Translations under genes and position numbers: made by a program
Assembly (NCBI GenBank): GCA_965226495.1
Contig: OZ245365.1
Span: 5,248,001-5,312,000, forward strand
Direction: 5' to 3'
DNA length: 64,000 nucleotides
Origin: Candidatus Marinacidobacterales bacterium
GTDB lineage: Bacteria; Acidobacteriota; Vicinamibacteria; Marinacidobacterales; DATDRI01
The notes under the pieces: model-generated
Database searches by the model: none
What the model saw: the letters and a program-made list of their open reading frames with translations, nothing else
What the model was told of the DNA's origin: nothing
Shown: positions 39,632 through 50,927 of the stretch, one piece after another
How positions within the stretch are numbered: position 1 is the stretch's first letter
How the letters are laid out: each line of letters opens with the position of its first letter

Positions 39632-40123
39632 TCCGCCCTCGACGGATTTTCTTTCGAGTGTCCACCCGGGGATGTGGCGTGCCTGCTGGGACCGAACGGG
39701 GCAGGTAAAACGACCGCGCTCTCGACCGCTGCCGGCCTTCTTGCTGCTGACGACGGAACCGTTCAGTTCGCAGGCCAGCCGGTTGCCCCCAATGCCCCAC
39801 CGCGCCTGATGGGCTACCTTCCACAGCAAAGTAGCTTTCCCCCCGTTCTCACCGCCCGAGAGGTCGTGGACTTCTCTTTCTCGGCCCGGCGTACACCCGC
39901 CTCGTCTCGCCAAGAGATCTTGTCTCTGACCGGAGTGGAACGTGTACTGGACGAGACCGTCGGTACGCTGTCCAGCGGTTGGATTCGACGCCTGGGCCTA
40001 GCGGTCGCTCTGGCGCCTCCCTCCGGGCTGCTGTTGTTGGACGAGCCATTCGTGGGGCTAGATCTCGACATCCTCGACTCGATCGTTGCTCATTTGAAAA
40101 ACCCCCGAGCCCGGGACGCGACG
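39632..40123 (+). pseudogene. Truncated ABC ATP-binding protein (NosF-like)
   Basis: GPNGAGKTT, LSSGW, LLLLDEP present; N-terminus and H-loop/C-terminus missing; runs in frame into the permease. Confidence 0.7.
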
Positions 40124-41033
40124 ATGCGTAACGTGCTCCTCGTTGCCCGACGAGAATGGAAGCTATTGCACCGCAGTCGTTCGGCCCAGGCCGCGGCCGT
40201 CTTGGTGCTGGCCATCGCGTGGCTACCTCCTTTGCTAGTCTCCATACGAGTTGCGAGACTCGGATTGGCCCCGTTCGCCGATGTCACGCCTCTTACGCTC
40301 GCCATCGCCGGTGTCATCCTGCCGCTCTTAACACTCCTGGCCGGTGCCGATTTGCTGGCGGGAGAGTTGGAAGAGGGATTCTTGGTACCCGTCGTCTCTC
40401 TTCCAATCAGTCGCCGGGCCTGCTATATCGGCAAGTTCCTGGGGAGGGCCTGTGTCATGGGCGCGTTCTATGTCCTGGCGTTTGGCTCAGCGGGGGCCGC
40501 CATCGGAATTCTACACGGGCCGGACGGGTGGCAGGATTACGTGGTGGTCGCGGCGGGGGGATTCTTACTCAGCCTATCCTGCGCAGGCATCGGTGCCGCG
40601 CTGGCTTCGATTAGCCGCAGTAGGGTCCGCGCGTACGCGACAAGTCTTGGCTTCTGGGTACTCCTCGTCTTTGCTCTCGATGCTGGCCTGCTGGCGGCGA
40701 CCATCGGGCTCGCTCCTCCCCCACCCGACAATGTCGGACATCACGGCCACGACGAGTTGGTCGCACCCCGGCGGTTCGAAGGATGCGACGTCCGATAACA
40801 GCGAAGAGAGCCGCGCCGGCACGAGTGTCGTCACCTCACTCATGATGCTCAATCCGGTGGATCTATTTCGCCTCAGCGCACTGACCATCGCTCCCGATCT
40901 CAGTGCGCGGTGGATGTTGTTCGCGGAGCGAGCCACGCCACCCTGGCCCCTCATCCTAGTTGGATGGATCCTATCGATCACCGTGCCGGCGGCGCTCGGT
41001 ATGTACCTTTTCGAGAGGCTGCCTTTAGCATGA
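40124..41033 (+). CDS. ABC-2/NosY-like permease, frameshifted near 40770
   Basis: VARREW, GELEEG, SLPISR..IGKFLG, LNPVDLFRL motifs. Confidence 0.75.
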
Positions 41034-41049
41034 AGTTAATCTCGCCGCA

Positions 41050-42471
41050 CTAACGAGGGTCCTTCCGGTAGGAGAATTCCACCCTCTCGTGAACGTGACC
41101 TCCCTGGATGATGAGCTCAATGTGACGCAAGTGGCGAATGTCTTGGAGCGGATCCTCACTCAATACGAGTAGGTCGGCGAGCTTCCCCGGCTCGATGGTC
41201 CCCAGGCGATCGTCCGCTCCAATCACCTCCGCCCCGTTTCGCGTCGCAGCGACGAGCGCTTCCATGGGAGTGAGACCGCACTCGACCAGCAACTCTATCT
41301 CTCTGGGCGTCTGATACCCCTGAAAGTTGTAACCCACCCGCCCGCCCGCATCCGTGCCCACCGCCAACTTTATTCCTGCTCGGTGCATCGTCGCCACGTT
41401 GGCCTTCAAGACCGGAAGCTTCCTGTCTACCCACGCGTAGGCATCGTTTCGTTCCGGTGCGGTTTTCGGAAAGTTGCCGTGGGCTAGAAAAAGACGTCGT
41501 TCCTCCAAGATGTACTTCCGCTCTCGCATCTTATCCAAAAGGAAGGAAGGGACACTCGACCTCAGTATTGGATCCTCGAACCAGGATTCGCTCCCTTCGA
41601 ATCGGTTGAACGACTCGAAGAGACTCAGGGTTGGACCGACGTAGGTGCCGCTTTGCAGGATCTCACTAATAAGGCGGTCGCCGTCCGTGATCGCTTCTTC
41701 CAGACCGTGAACAATCGCCCGAGGCTTCATCTCGATGGCCCGCCAGTATTCCCTCAGGTTGACCGCATGGACGTACACCGGCAGATCGGCACGCCGCGCT
41801 TCCTCCACCACCGCACCCACCATCTCCTCGAACTTTTCCCGATGAACCCCGGAGCGCAGAACGTCATCCTCGACCATGACCTTGAACCCGTTCACCCCAT
41901 CCGATACGTAACGCCGGGCTCGGGCGTGAGCCTCTGCCGGGTCCGTCAGAACACTATCCCCTTCCGGCCCCCATCCTTGCGTGGGCGTGAAAGCCATGCC
42001 CACGGCATAGATGCGAGGTGACAAGAGTCGTCCCGCGCCTTGAGCGGAGCGCCTCGCCAAAATCTCACCGGACTCTCCCGACACGTACGACGACAGATCC
42101 AGCACCGTTGTTACCCCGTTGTACAGGAAGGCCCGTGGCGTATGTTCCACGATCTGCACACGCTCCCGTTCCGTTATCTGGTAGACGACTGGGGCGTCCA
42201 GATGAACGTGGGTGTCGATCAGCCCGGGCACGATAAACTTCCCCGTGGCATCGATGGTCTGGAAAGAACCGCGGGGCTTCAGATCTTCGTCGATTTCCAC
42301 GATCTTGCCCCCGCGGACAAAGATGTCGACGCCTGGCTTCGGAGGGGCACCGGTACCGTCAATGAGCGTCCCGTTCTCGATCAAGAGTTGAGAGGTCGTG
42401 GGACGCGATTCACACCCCACGCCCGCGTGGATGGCGAGAACGAGACAGATGAGGGAAAATGCCTTGCCCAT
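41050..42471 (-). CDS. Amidohydrolase family protein
   Basis: PGLIDTHVH, VGTDAG, GTIEPGKLADL. Confidence 0.9.
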   Translation of the reverse strand: MGKAFSLICLVLAIHAGVGCESRPTTSQLLIENGTLIDGTGAPPKPGVDIFVRGGKIVEIDEDLKPRGSFQTIDATGKFIVPGLIDTHVHLDAPVVYQITERERVQIVEHTPRAFLYNGVTTVLDLSSYVSGESGEILARRSAQGAGRLLSPRIYAVGMAFTPTQGWGPEGDSVLTDPAEAHARARRYVSDGVNGFKVMVEDDVLRSGVHREKFEEMVGAVVEEARRADLPVYVHAVNLREYWRAIEMKPRAIVHGLEEAITDGDRLISEILQSGTYVGPTLSLFESFNRFEGSESWFEDPILRSSVPSFLLDKMRERKYILEERRLFLAHGNFPKTAPERNDAYAWVDRKLPVLKANVATMHRAGIKLAVGTDAGGRVGYNFQGYQTPREIELLVECGLTPMEALVAATRNGAEVIGADDRLGTIEPGKLADLLVLSEDPLQDIRHLRHIELIIQGGHVHERVEFSYRKDPR

Positions 42472-42533
42472 TGCGCTCTAATCGAGCTCAAACTAGCATA
42501 CTCGGCTAAGACTAGGTATTCGTGGAGGTCCGC

Positions 42534-43688
42534 ATGTCGATCAACCGTAGATCTTTCTTGAAGCGTCTGGCGGCCGCTGGAGTGGTCGCTGCACCCATTG
42601 GGCCCATTGGAGGAAGTCCCTTGGCACCCGCCGCCGCCAACCCAACGCAAACGAGCGTCGAGGCCGTGGTGGCTGACAGCGTAGTCATTGACGCCCTTTC
42701 GTATCTTCATCGAAACCCCGATCTACCCGGTGCAGATCATTCGACGCTCGATCTTGCTATGCTCGCGGACTCCGGCGTTACAGTAGTGAGTCCAACGGCT
42801 GATACGAGAGACAGGGACGCCGACCAAGCATTCCACGGCGCGGTCAGAAGACTCGCAGAGTTGTCGAGCACGGTCGCTCGCTATCGAGACCGAGTCATTC
42901 TTGTACGCGAAGGCTCTGACATCGAGATGGCGAAGACGCAGGGCAAACTAGGTGTGCTCGCAAATTTCCAGGGTTCCACCGCGATCGGTACGGATCTCAA
43001 CAATCTTCGAATCTTTTACAATTTGGGACTCCGGCAGATCCAACTCACCTACAATTGGCGAAATCTGGTTGGCAATGGTTGTCTCGAACGGGTAGACGGC
43101 GGCCTCACTCGCTACGGGCTCGAGCTCGTAGAAAAGATGAATGAAATGGGAATCGTAGTGGATGTGGCTCACAGTGGATACCGAACCACGCTCGATGCCA
43201 TCGAGGCTTCCACCAAACCGATCCTTTTCTCGCACTCGAACTGCAAGACCCTCTACGATCATCCACGCAACAAGAGCGACGAACAGATCAAAGCACTAGC
43301 GCAAAAGGGTGGCGTGATGGGCATGACCCTTCTTACCTGGTTCGTGAGTGAGAAACCACGAGCCGGGCTGGATGACCTACTCGATCACTTCGAGCACGTC
43401 ATACAACTCGTGGGCCCAGATCATGTAGGGTTTGGATCCGATATGGGACTACCCGGTTGGTTAGTTACCGAGCCCGACCAGATCTGGGAAGCGGTAAAGA
43501 AAGGCTATAGTGCCCGAGACTGGCAGCTCGTGAGACCCAAGTACCCCCCGTTCGTGGAGGGAATAAACGACGCTCACCGATACGTCACTATCGCCAAAGG
43601 CCTGAAGAAACGAGGTTATTCCATACCCGACATCAAGAAAGTGTTGGGGTTGAACCTACTTCGAGTGTACGGAGAGGTTCTCCGTTAG
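42534..43688 (+). CDS. Membrane (renal-type, M19) dipeptidase with Tat signal
   Basis: NRRSFLK Tat motif; QLTYN, DVAH, SHSN, HPRNKSD, GFGSD. Confidence 0.9.
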   Translation: MSINRRSFLKRLAAAGVVAAPIGPIGGSPLAPAAANPTQTSVEAVVADSVVIDALSYLHRNPDLPGADHSTLDLAMLADSGVTVVSPTADTRDRDADQAFHGAVRRLAELSSTVARYRDRVILVREGSDIEMAKTQGKLGVLANFQGSTAIGTDLNNLRIFYNLGLRQIQLTYNWRNLVGNGCLERVDGGLTRYGLELVEKMNEMGIVVDVAHSGYRTTLDAIEASTKPILFSHSNCKTLYDHPRNKSDEQIKALAQKGGVMGMTLLTWFVSEKPRAGLDDLLDHFEHVIQLVGPDHVGFGSDMGLPGWLVTEPDQIWEAVKKGYSARDWQLVRPKYPPFVEGINDAHRYVTIAKGLKKRGYSIPDIKKVLGLNLLRVYGEVLR

Positions 43689-43709
43689 GCCACCGCCCTC
43701 ACTTCCTGG

Positions 43710-46700
43710 TTAGGGCAGGGACGTGAGCACCCCGAGACTCGTCACACCCCACTTCCAACCCACCGTCCTCTGACGAAACTCGATGGCGTTGGGGCCCGCC
43801 ACGTGCAAGGTTGGCGGCAACGTGAAGAGGTCGCCTGCGTTCAAGCCGTTATTCGAACCCTTAGCGAGAAACCCGATCTGGGTACCGTTCAACCAAACGG
43901 AGATCTCGTCCGCATAGTCGATGTCGTAGCCCGTCACCTGAAGGTGATAGGTACTCGTCCCATCGCCGGTGAATATCGCGGCCAGAACCGTTTTGTGCTC
44001 ACTCGAGCCGTATTTGTAGCCGTAGGCATTCAGGTCGACAGAATCCAACGCGAGTGTCAACACCGGCGGGGTCCCCGGCGGGGCAACGCTGAGCACCCCG
44101 AGACCGGTCACGCCCCACTTCCAACCCACCGTCCTCTGACGAAACTCGATGGTGTTCTGACCCAGGACGGTTACGTGAGGCAGCAGCGTGAACCCATCGC
44201 CTGCGTTCAGAGCGTTGTTCGGGCCTTTGCTGAGAAAGCCGATCTGGGTGCCGTTTAGGTGGACCGAGATCTCGTCGCCATAGTCCATGTCGAAGCCGGT
44301 GGCCTGCAGGTAGTAGATGCTCGTTCCGTTGCCGGTGAATGTCGCAGCAAGAAGCGTCTCGTGCTCACTGGTGCCGTAGTTGTGTCCGTACATGCCGGTG
44401 TCGGGCGGGTCGTCCACGGCAAGCGCGATCACCGGTGCCGTTCCGGCCGGGGGCGCACTGAGGACACCGAGTTGCGTCACCCCCCACGTCCAACCGGGTA
44501 CGCTCTGGCGAAACTCGATCGTGTTCTCACCGGTGACGACAAGAGGTGGAGCCAAGGCGAACACATCGCCCGCGTTCAATCCGTTGTCCGGACCCTCGAC
44601 GAGGACACCGATTTGAGTGCCGTTCAAATGCACAGAGATCTCCGCAGCATGATCGCTGTCGTAGCCGGTGACCTGAAGGTAATACGTGTTCGCCCCATCG
44701 CCCGTGAATGTGGCAGTCAGACTGGTCTCGTGCTCGTTGGTGCCGTAGTTATGCCCGTACTCGCCAGGGTCGACATCGTCTACGGTGAGCGCGATGACCG
44801 GCGCTGAGCCGATCGGAGGTGCGCTCAGTACGGCGAGATTCGTCACGCCCCACGTCCAACCCACGGTTCGCTGGCGGAACTCGATGGTATTCAGACCGGC
44901 ACCTGCCAAGGCCGGCGGCAAGGTGAACAGGTCTCCTCCGTTGAGATCGTTGTTCGGCCCCGCGGTGAGAAAACCGATGGGCTGGTCGTTCAAATGGACC
45001 GAAGATCTCGTCGCCGTAGTCCATGTCGTAGCCCGTGACCTGGAGGTAGTAGGTGCTGGCTCCATCGGCGGTGAAGGTCGCGGGCAAAACGGTCTCGTGC
45101 TCATCGGTGCCGTAGTTGTGCCCGTACGAGCCGGGGTCGACGGAGTCCACGGTGAGTGCGACGACGGGCACTGCCGGAGGCGCGCTCAGTACGCCGATCT
45201 CCGTTACACCCCAGGTCCAGCCGGTGACTCTCTCTCTGAACTCGAGCGTGTTTTGGCCGGTCACCACCGAAGGCGACTCCAGGGCGAAGACGTCTCCTTC
45301 GTTCAAGTCGTTGTTAGGGCCTTTGGTGAGCTGACCGATCTGGATGCCGTTCAAGTGAATCGAAATCTCGTTACCGTAATCCATGTCCCAGCCGGTGACT
45401 TGCAGGTAGTACGTGCTCGTTTCACTGCCGGTGAACGTTGTGACGAGCGCGGTCCGGTGCTGGTCGGTACCGAAGCCGAAACCGTACGAGCCGGGATCGA
45501 CCTCGTCCACGGTGAGGGCGATGATCGGCGCCACCACGTTGGTCGTCTCCGTCGTGATGTCGTTGCTCACGACCGTATCGATGACGAAGCCCGTCACGCT
45601 CGCAGTCGTGGAGAGAGTGTCTTCAAACGTGCTCGCTACGACGACGGTGATAACGACGCTCATTCCGAAGTCGACGTCACCGAGCGGGCAGGTGAGCTCC
45701 CCGCCGGATTCCAGGCAACTACCCTGTGCGGGAACCGCGGACTGAAAGCTCGTTCCCGCCGGCAGTGTCTGTGTCATGACGACGTCGGGCGCTAAATCGG
45801 GCCCGAAATTGGTCACCGTTACTGTATAGGTGACATTGTCCTTGACGACGACGGGGTCGACGGCGTCTACAATGCTTACCGAGAGATCGGAGGTTGCATC
45901 GGCGAGGAGATGCAATAACGCCTTGCGAGCTCCGAAGATACCGACACCGGAGTCCCGATCGAACCCAGGCTCTTCGATGTCCAGAGCGGTCGTGCTGAGC
46001 AAATCGCGAAGCGCACTCGGAGTCAGGATCGGGTCCCCCTGAAGCATCAGTGCGGCAAGGGCCGCGGCATGGGGTGCGGCCGCCGAGGTCCCATAGAAGG
46101 GAGCGAAACCGGGAGTCGCGGTCGTCACGCCGTCCGCCGCCGCGACGTCGGGTTTGAGCCGTATCTCGCCTCCGGTGGAGAGGAAGTCACCGGGGGTGAT
46201 CGGCGTTCCGTCCTCCTCGAAGAATATCTGTCGCGGTCCATCGGAGCTGAACCACTCCACCGGATTCGAGGGACCGCCAGTGAACTCACTGCCGAGTGCG
46301 TGGGAAACGTCCACCGCGGCCACCGCAAACGCATCCGTCGCCGCTGCGTGTCCCGTAATCTGGCCGTCGGTCCCCAGGGCGAGAACGCCTCGATGCGTGT
46401 TCAAATGAAGGTAACGAGCCTCGGCACCCGTCTTACGGACGATGACCAAGTGCGTACCGGTGTCGTCGAAAAACTGTGAATCGATCCACTCGAATGGGTC
46501 GTCATTGCCGTTTTGGACGTTGGTGGAGGCGGCCCAAACCGCGCTCCGCGAGGGATCGAGGAGATACAGATCGTAATCGTTGGCCGAGCCGCCGATCGGG
46601 TCGGACCACTGCAGCGTAAAAAGAAACGGAGTATCGAAGGCGACCGTGTTGTAGTAGATTCCGCTGCCGAAGTCGTGGACTTCGTTTCCGCTCAGGGGTG

Positions 46701-47730
46701 GCGTTGCGGGCATCGGCGAGAAATCCCCTTCCCACACTCCCGATGTGCCATCATTGATGTTGCCGGAGTTTCCGGCTGCGGAGAAATAAAACCCGCCGTC
46801 CGCGATAACTGAATTGACCGCCTGGGCAACGATACCGTCCTGGAAGGTCGGCTCTTCGGGATAGAAAACGTCATCTACGATGATGTCGCAGCCCGCGGCT
46901 CGGAGGGCGAGGATGTTGCTCGCAAACGTCGCCTCACTGCTGAAGGCGGTGGCGAAGTAGAGCTCGGCCCCGGGCGCCAAATCGTGAAGGATCTCGAGCA
47001 TCGCGGTTCCTTCACTGGTGCCGGGGTTTCCGCTTTGCCCTGGGAGGACTGTCACTGCCGGTAAGTCTCCCGCGGCTTGAAGCAAGGCCAAGTAGTCGAC
47101 GCTGTCCGAAAGGGCACAAAGACGAACCCCAGTCCCATCAACCCCAAAGGTGACGCGCGCTTCGTCCGCTGCATGCGCCACGTCCCCTTCCGAAGTGTCG
47201 ATCTTGTTGGTGATGGGTTTGAACGCCGGACGGATGTATTGGATTGCCGGATCGGTGGCCAGCGTCTCGAGACTATTCACCGGCACCCGGGCGCGACACA
47301 GACGATAGTTGGGGTGCTGACTTTCGACCGTGCCCCCTAATGCTTCAATCTGGGCCACCAAGTTGCCGGTCAAATCGGCTTTGATATCGACGAGGGTGGT
47401 ATCGTCGGCATCGGTCTCGACACCCGTGATCAGGCTGGGTACGGACCGTGCGACGGCATGCCCGCGACGGCGTTTCAGCTCGAGTAAGAGTTGAGAGTCG
47501 AGCCGCCTCTCGCTGTCGCTGCGGGCCGCCTTCTCCGCCATCAGGGCTCGGATCTGTTCGAGCGCCGACTCTTGGATCTCATCCCGTTGAGCCTCGGTCT
47601 CGCTCGGGAGTACCATGACGAGAAAAGTAGCCAAAATGACCGGGCACAAAACCTGCCAAACTCTTCTGAATACAAGGTTTTCGTACGTCGACGAATCGCG
47701 GAAGTCACGTTTCTCGGACATTTTCGTCAC
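43710..47730 (-). CDS. Subtilase (S8/S53-like) protease with DUF11 domain and five C-terminal repeats; frameshift near 45000
   Basis: LSDS, EGTAMLEILHDLAPGA, SAAGN, GTSAAAPH; DUF11 SDLSVS..VTNFGPD. Confidence 0.88.
43713..45530 (-). repeat. Five tandem ~120-codon intragenic repeats
   Basis: Each has YGxxYG..H, YLQVTG.D.D, EIS..LNG..IG, NT.EFR, GWxWGVT. Confidence 0.9.
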
Positions 47731-47982
47731 CTACTCTTGGTTTGGGAAGCAGGAGTCTAGCATAGGAACGCTCGGGAAATCCATTGGCCTGTCGACCATG
47801 CTACGCCGACGCGCTAGCCGTCGTCAGTGACGAATGCGACAGATTTCCCCCTACGACCGAACGGGGTGAGATCTCCACACCTCGTTGCATTGACGTACGA
47901 CCCATCTATGCTCATGAGCTTGACTTCCGAGAGATGGGCCGCTAGAAAGGGTGCGAAACGTCCCGATCCAATTGGAGACCTC

Positions 47983-48609
47983 TTGAGTAAAACGACTTCA
48001 TCCGCACCCAAATCGCAGGCCCGTCTGGGCCAGCTCGGCCCGAGGAGGGCCCAGATCCTAGAGAAAGCCGCGCACCTCTTCTGCATCAAGGGTTACGATT
48101 CGACGTCAATGAGCGACATCGCCGACGCGGTCGGCATTACCAAGGCGGGGCTCTATTATTTCGTCGAAGGTAAAGAGCACCTGCTCTACCTCATCACCGA
48201 CTATGGTTTGGATCTGCTGGACGAGACGGTGGTGAAACCTCTAAAGAGCATCGAGGAGCCCCGAGAGCTGCTCCGCGAGTTGATCCGATATCACGTACAC
48301 ATGGTGATCCATCGCCCGCGCGAGGTGACGATCATCTTGCACGAGCGGACGGGACTTACCGGCGAGTACCGCGAAAAAATCCTCAAGCGCAAGAAGGCCT
48401 ACATCGAGCTAGCCCGCAACATCCTCATTCAGCTCAAGGAGCAGGGGATCGCGCAGGACACCGATCCGACCGCTGCGACCTTCTTTCTACTCGGTTCGAT
48501 GAACTGGATCTACCAATGGTACAAAGAGGATGGTCGTCTCACCGAGGACGACCTTGTTCGTAACCTCACGCAGCTCTTCTCTAGAGGGTTCTTGACCGAA
48601 AGCCTCTGA
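47983..48609 (+). CDS. TetR/AcrR family regulator (start uncertain)
   Basis: ILEKAAHLF..KGY..TSMSDIADAVGITKAGLYY; NWIYQWY tail; GGAG before TTG at 47983. Confidence 0.9.
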   Translation: MSKTTSSAPKSQARLGQLGPRRAQILEKAAHLFCIKGYDSTSMSDIADAVGITKAGLYYFVEGKEHLLYLITDYGLDLLDETVVKPLKSIEEPRELLRELIRYHVHMVIHRPREVTIILHERTGLTGEYREKILKRKKAYIELARNILIQLKEQGIAQDTDPTAATFFLLGSMNWIYQWYKEDGRLTEDDLVRNLTQLFSRGFLTESL

Positions 48610-48655
48610 ATCGCAGACCGACTGACTGGCTTCCATCCATTAATCCCTCTCCCTT

Positions 48656-48719
48656 CCGCCTTCGCTGAAGCTTCGGCGGACCCGCCGAAATTCTTAGAAA
48701 CTACGCGGACGGAGGCGGG
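48656..48719. repeat. GC-rich palindromic extragenic element
   Basis: ccgccttcgctgaagcttcggcgg...ccgccgaa...ggaggcggg. Confidence 0.55.
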
Positions 48720-48787
48720 CCGGGTGAGGTCTGGGAAAGGCTCCAGGCACACCACTCCCAGGAGAATGAGTGGCTCTCGCCCAAGGG

Positions 48788-49213
48788 TTACCGCCGCGGG
48801 CTAGCGGTGCCGCGCTTCGACGACTTGCTATGGGCAGTCAGCTCGATGAGCTCGAGCAACTGATCTTGCACATCGGTGTTCCCGATGCCTCTCCAGTTGC
48901 TGAGGAGCCCCTCTTCCTCGTCGTTCTCCGCAAGAGGCTTGCGGATACGGCTATCGGGGATAAGGTCGGAGACCGTCACTCCTAGGACCTTGCTGATCTT
49001 CCTGAGCCATTCGAGGGAGATGCGCCGCCGCCCTTGCTCGAAGTTGGACAAGGCCGAGGCGGAAAGGCCCGCCGTCCTGGCTAGTTCTTCTTGAAGCAAC
49101 CCTTTTTCCTGCCGTAGCTCGCGGATTCTGCGTCCCACTTCAAGATGCATCTCTTCCTGCAGATGCTGATCTACTTGTGTCATCTTCTTCCTCTTCTTCG
49201 TCTTCTTCTTCAT
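48788..49213 (-). CDS. XRE family HTH regulator
   Basis: VGRRIRELR..QEELA..SALSNFEQG. Confidence 0.9.
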   Translation of the reverse strand: MKKKTKKRKKMTQVDQHLQEEMHLEVGRRIRELRQEKGLLQEELARTAGLSASALSNFEQGRRRISLEWLRKISKVLGVTVSDLIPDSRIRKPLAENDEEEGLLSNWRGIGNTDVQDQLLELIELTAHSKSSKRGTASPRR

Positions 49214-49295
49214 GTCGCTTCAAATGGAGCTCCCATGGAGCCTCTACAAGACTTGAATTTTAGTCCATCTCCTCCGGATTCGGAAATCCCTTCCC

Positions 49296-49369
49296 CCGCC
49301 TACGCCGTGGTCGGGTCATCGGGTTCCCACGGCTACGGCGTGGCATCGCCGAAGCCTTGCGAAGGCGGG
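49296..49369. repeat. GC-rich palindromic extragenic element related to 48656-48719
   Basis: ccgcctacgcc...ggctacggcg...cgccgaagccttgcgaaggcggg. Confidence 0.55.
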
Positions 49370-49373
49370 CGGC

Positions 49374-50513
49374 CTATCCACTATGAGCCGGGGACGGCTC
49401 GGCGGTTCCGAGCGGCAGATCACCCTGATCTCCATAGCGTTGGAACATCTGCCCCCAGGGAGATTTCATGAACTCCGCAACCCGTGAACTTCCGATGAAC
49501 GGATACCAGTACCAGTCATGATAAGCCCAAGAAGCCACATAAGCCCAAACGACCAAGGGTGTGCGGAGAAGGAGATTCTCGAGCGGTTTGAACAGACCAT
49601 GGTAGATGGCGTGTTGCCCTTTGCTGGCGAACGTATCTCCGGCATTGAAGCCCCAGTTTATTTCCTCGATGTCCTCGCCGACAATCTCGATCTCCTTGGG
49701 GTCACCCACTCCCAACCCTCGTTCGTGAGCACTTCGGATAAAGGCAAGACTGAGAGGGTCGAAGCCCATGATTTTCGCTGCCACCGCGTCGATGGCGACT
49801 TGATCGGCCGAAGCCAAGATGAGGTTCTTGATGTGAATGTTCATGCAGCGGGGTCCTGGCCCGCTACCGGCCACCGTACCGTCCATGACCGCGAAGAGGC
49901 CTGGGTGAATCTCCTTTTGGATCATGAGCAGGTCGGCGAGAGTCTCGTGGATCACAGAATGTGTCCAATGGCGTTTCTCGTTCAGGAGACCTCCGAACGC
50001 GTTCTTCATCGCACCGGTCATCCCGGTGAACACGTGCGTCTTCATGGTCGGGAGGTGGATGATGTTCTCACCGATCAAGCGCTTCGGTATGTGGATCCCT
50101 TTTGGGAAGACTTCATGTAGGACCCGCGTTTTGCCCTTCGGCTCGTAGTGGAGCCATTCCTCGGACTTCTCGTACAGATGCACGTTCCGAAGGCCGTACC
50201 GGTCCACGACGACCTTGTGTCGGTTCTTTCGTTCCCCAGCTCGAGCGCTGACCACTACAGTGCGGTTGTGGCAGGCATGAACCAACTCACGCTGGTAGTC
50301 GTCCGCCAACAGGGTGCGAATGACACCCTCCAGCTGCCACGGCGCGGTCGAGCATGCGGGGTAGAACTTCCCCCAGGAAATATTGATCTTGAGCGCCGTA
50401 TCCTTATCTTTGGCAAGGAATTCTTGATATCCGGCCATCCGCATCGCCCTACCGTAGTCCTCGAACACCGTTTCCGGTTTGGTGCGGATTACCGCTACTT
50501 TCGAACGTGCCAC
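49374..50513 (-). CDS. DUF362 domain protein
   Basis: LPTMKTH, TGAMKNAFG, MDGT..G.GPGP, DQVAIDAV motifs. Confidence 0.85.
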   Translation of the reverse strand: MARSKVAVIRTKPETVFEDYGRAMRMAGYQEFLAKDKDTALKINISWGKFYPACSTAPWQLEGVIRTLLADDYQRELVHACHNRTVVVSARAGERKNRHKVVVDRYGLRNVHLYEKSEEWLHYEPKGKTRVLHEVFPKGIHIPKRLIGENIIHLPTMKTHVFTGMTGAMKNAFGGLLNEKRHWTHSVIHETLADLLMIQKEIHPGLFAVMDGTVAGSGPGPRCMNIHIKNLILASADQVAIDAVAAKIMGFDPLSLAFIRSAHERGLGVGDPKEIEIVGEDIEEINWGFNAGDTFASKGQHAIYHGLFKPLENLLLRTPLVVWAYVASWAYHDWYWYPFIGSSRVAEFMKSPWGQMFQRYGDQGDLPLGTAEPSPAHSG

Positions 50514-50523
50514 GCTGAGCCTC

Positions 50524-50558
50524 TCCTCTCCAATGCCCTCTCCCAGAGGGGAAAGGGA
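50524..50558. repeat. REP-like palindrome related to 4251-4288
   Basis: gccctctcccagaggggaaaggga. Confidence 0.5.
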
Positions 50559-50690
50559 TAAGGAAGAAAACCATCCCTCCAGAACCGCTAATTATGCCAC
50601 AAGCCGGGCCGGGTTGGGGTACAATAGGGGTTCCTGGTCTGAGGCAGCCCGAAACCGGTTTCCCGAAGGCAAGGTTAAGGAGGATTTCAA

Positions 50691-50924
50691 GTGGCAGACG
50701 AATTTTCAGAGGCCGGCCCTTTCATGTTGGTCAATATTGCAGCGCAGCGTGCACGGCAGCTCATGCAGGGCGCCGCCCCTCTCCTCAGGACGAAGTCCCG
50801 CAAACCGGCGGCTATCGCTCTTCATGAGGTGGAGACGGGTTTGCTTCCCTTCTATCGAGTCGAGGAGCAGCCAGAGCTCGCCGATTTGGAAGCCGATGAA
50901 GTCGCCGAGGACGAAGAAGAATAA
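50691..50924 (+). CDS. rpoZ: RNA polymerase omega subunit
   Basis: FMLVNIAAQRARQL..G..KP..IAL.E signature; AGGAGG RBS; upstream TACAAT. Confidence 0.85.
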   Translation: MADEFSEAGPFMLVNIAAQRARQLMQGAAPLLRTKSRKPAAIALHEVETGLLPFYRVEEQPELADLEADEVAEDEEE

Positions 50925-50927
50925 AGC

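Noticed and set aside
43683-43720. GTTAGGC/GTTAGGG words as integron attC cores
   Set aside because: No matching inverse core or attC hairpin and no integrase; the words coincide with stop codons of convergent genes
13540-45010. Frameshifts in ypdA, cpaB, tadB (two), the kinase, the nosY-like gene and the protease as programmed frameshifting or mass pseudogenisation
   Set aside because: Those I traced are single-base indels in short runs, in otherwise intact and unrelated genes, with no slippery heptamer or nonsense decay. Long-read error is the simpler explanation; read polishing would decide.
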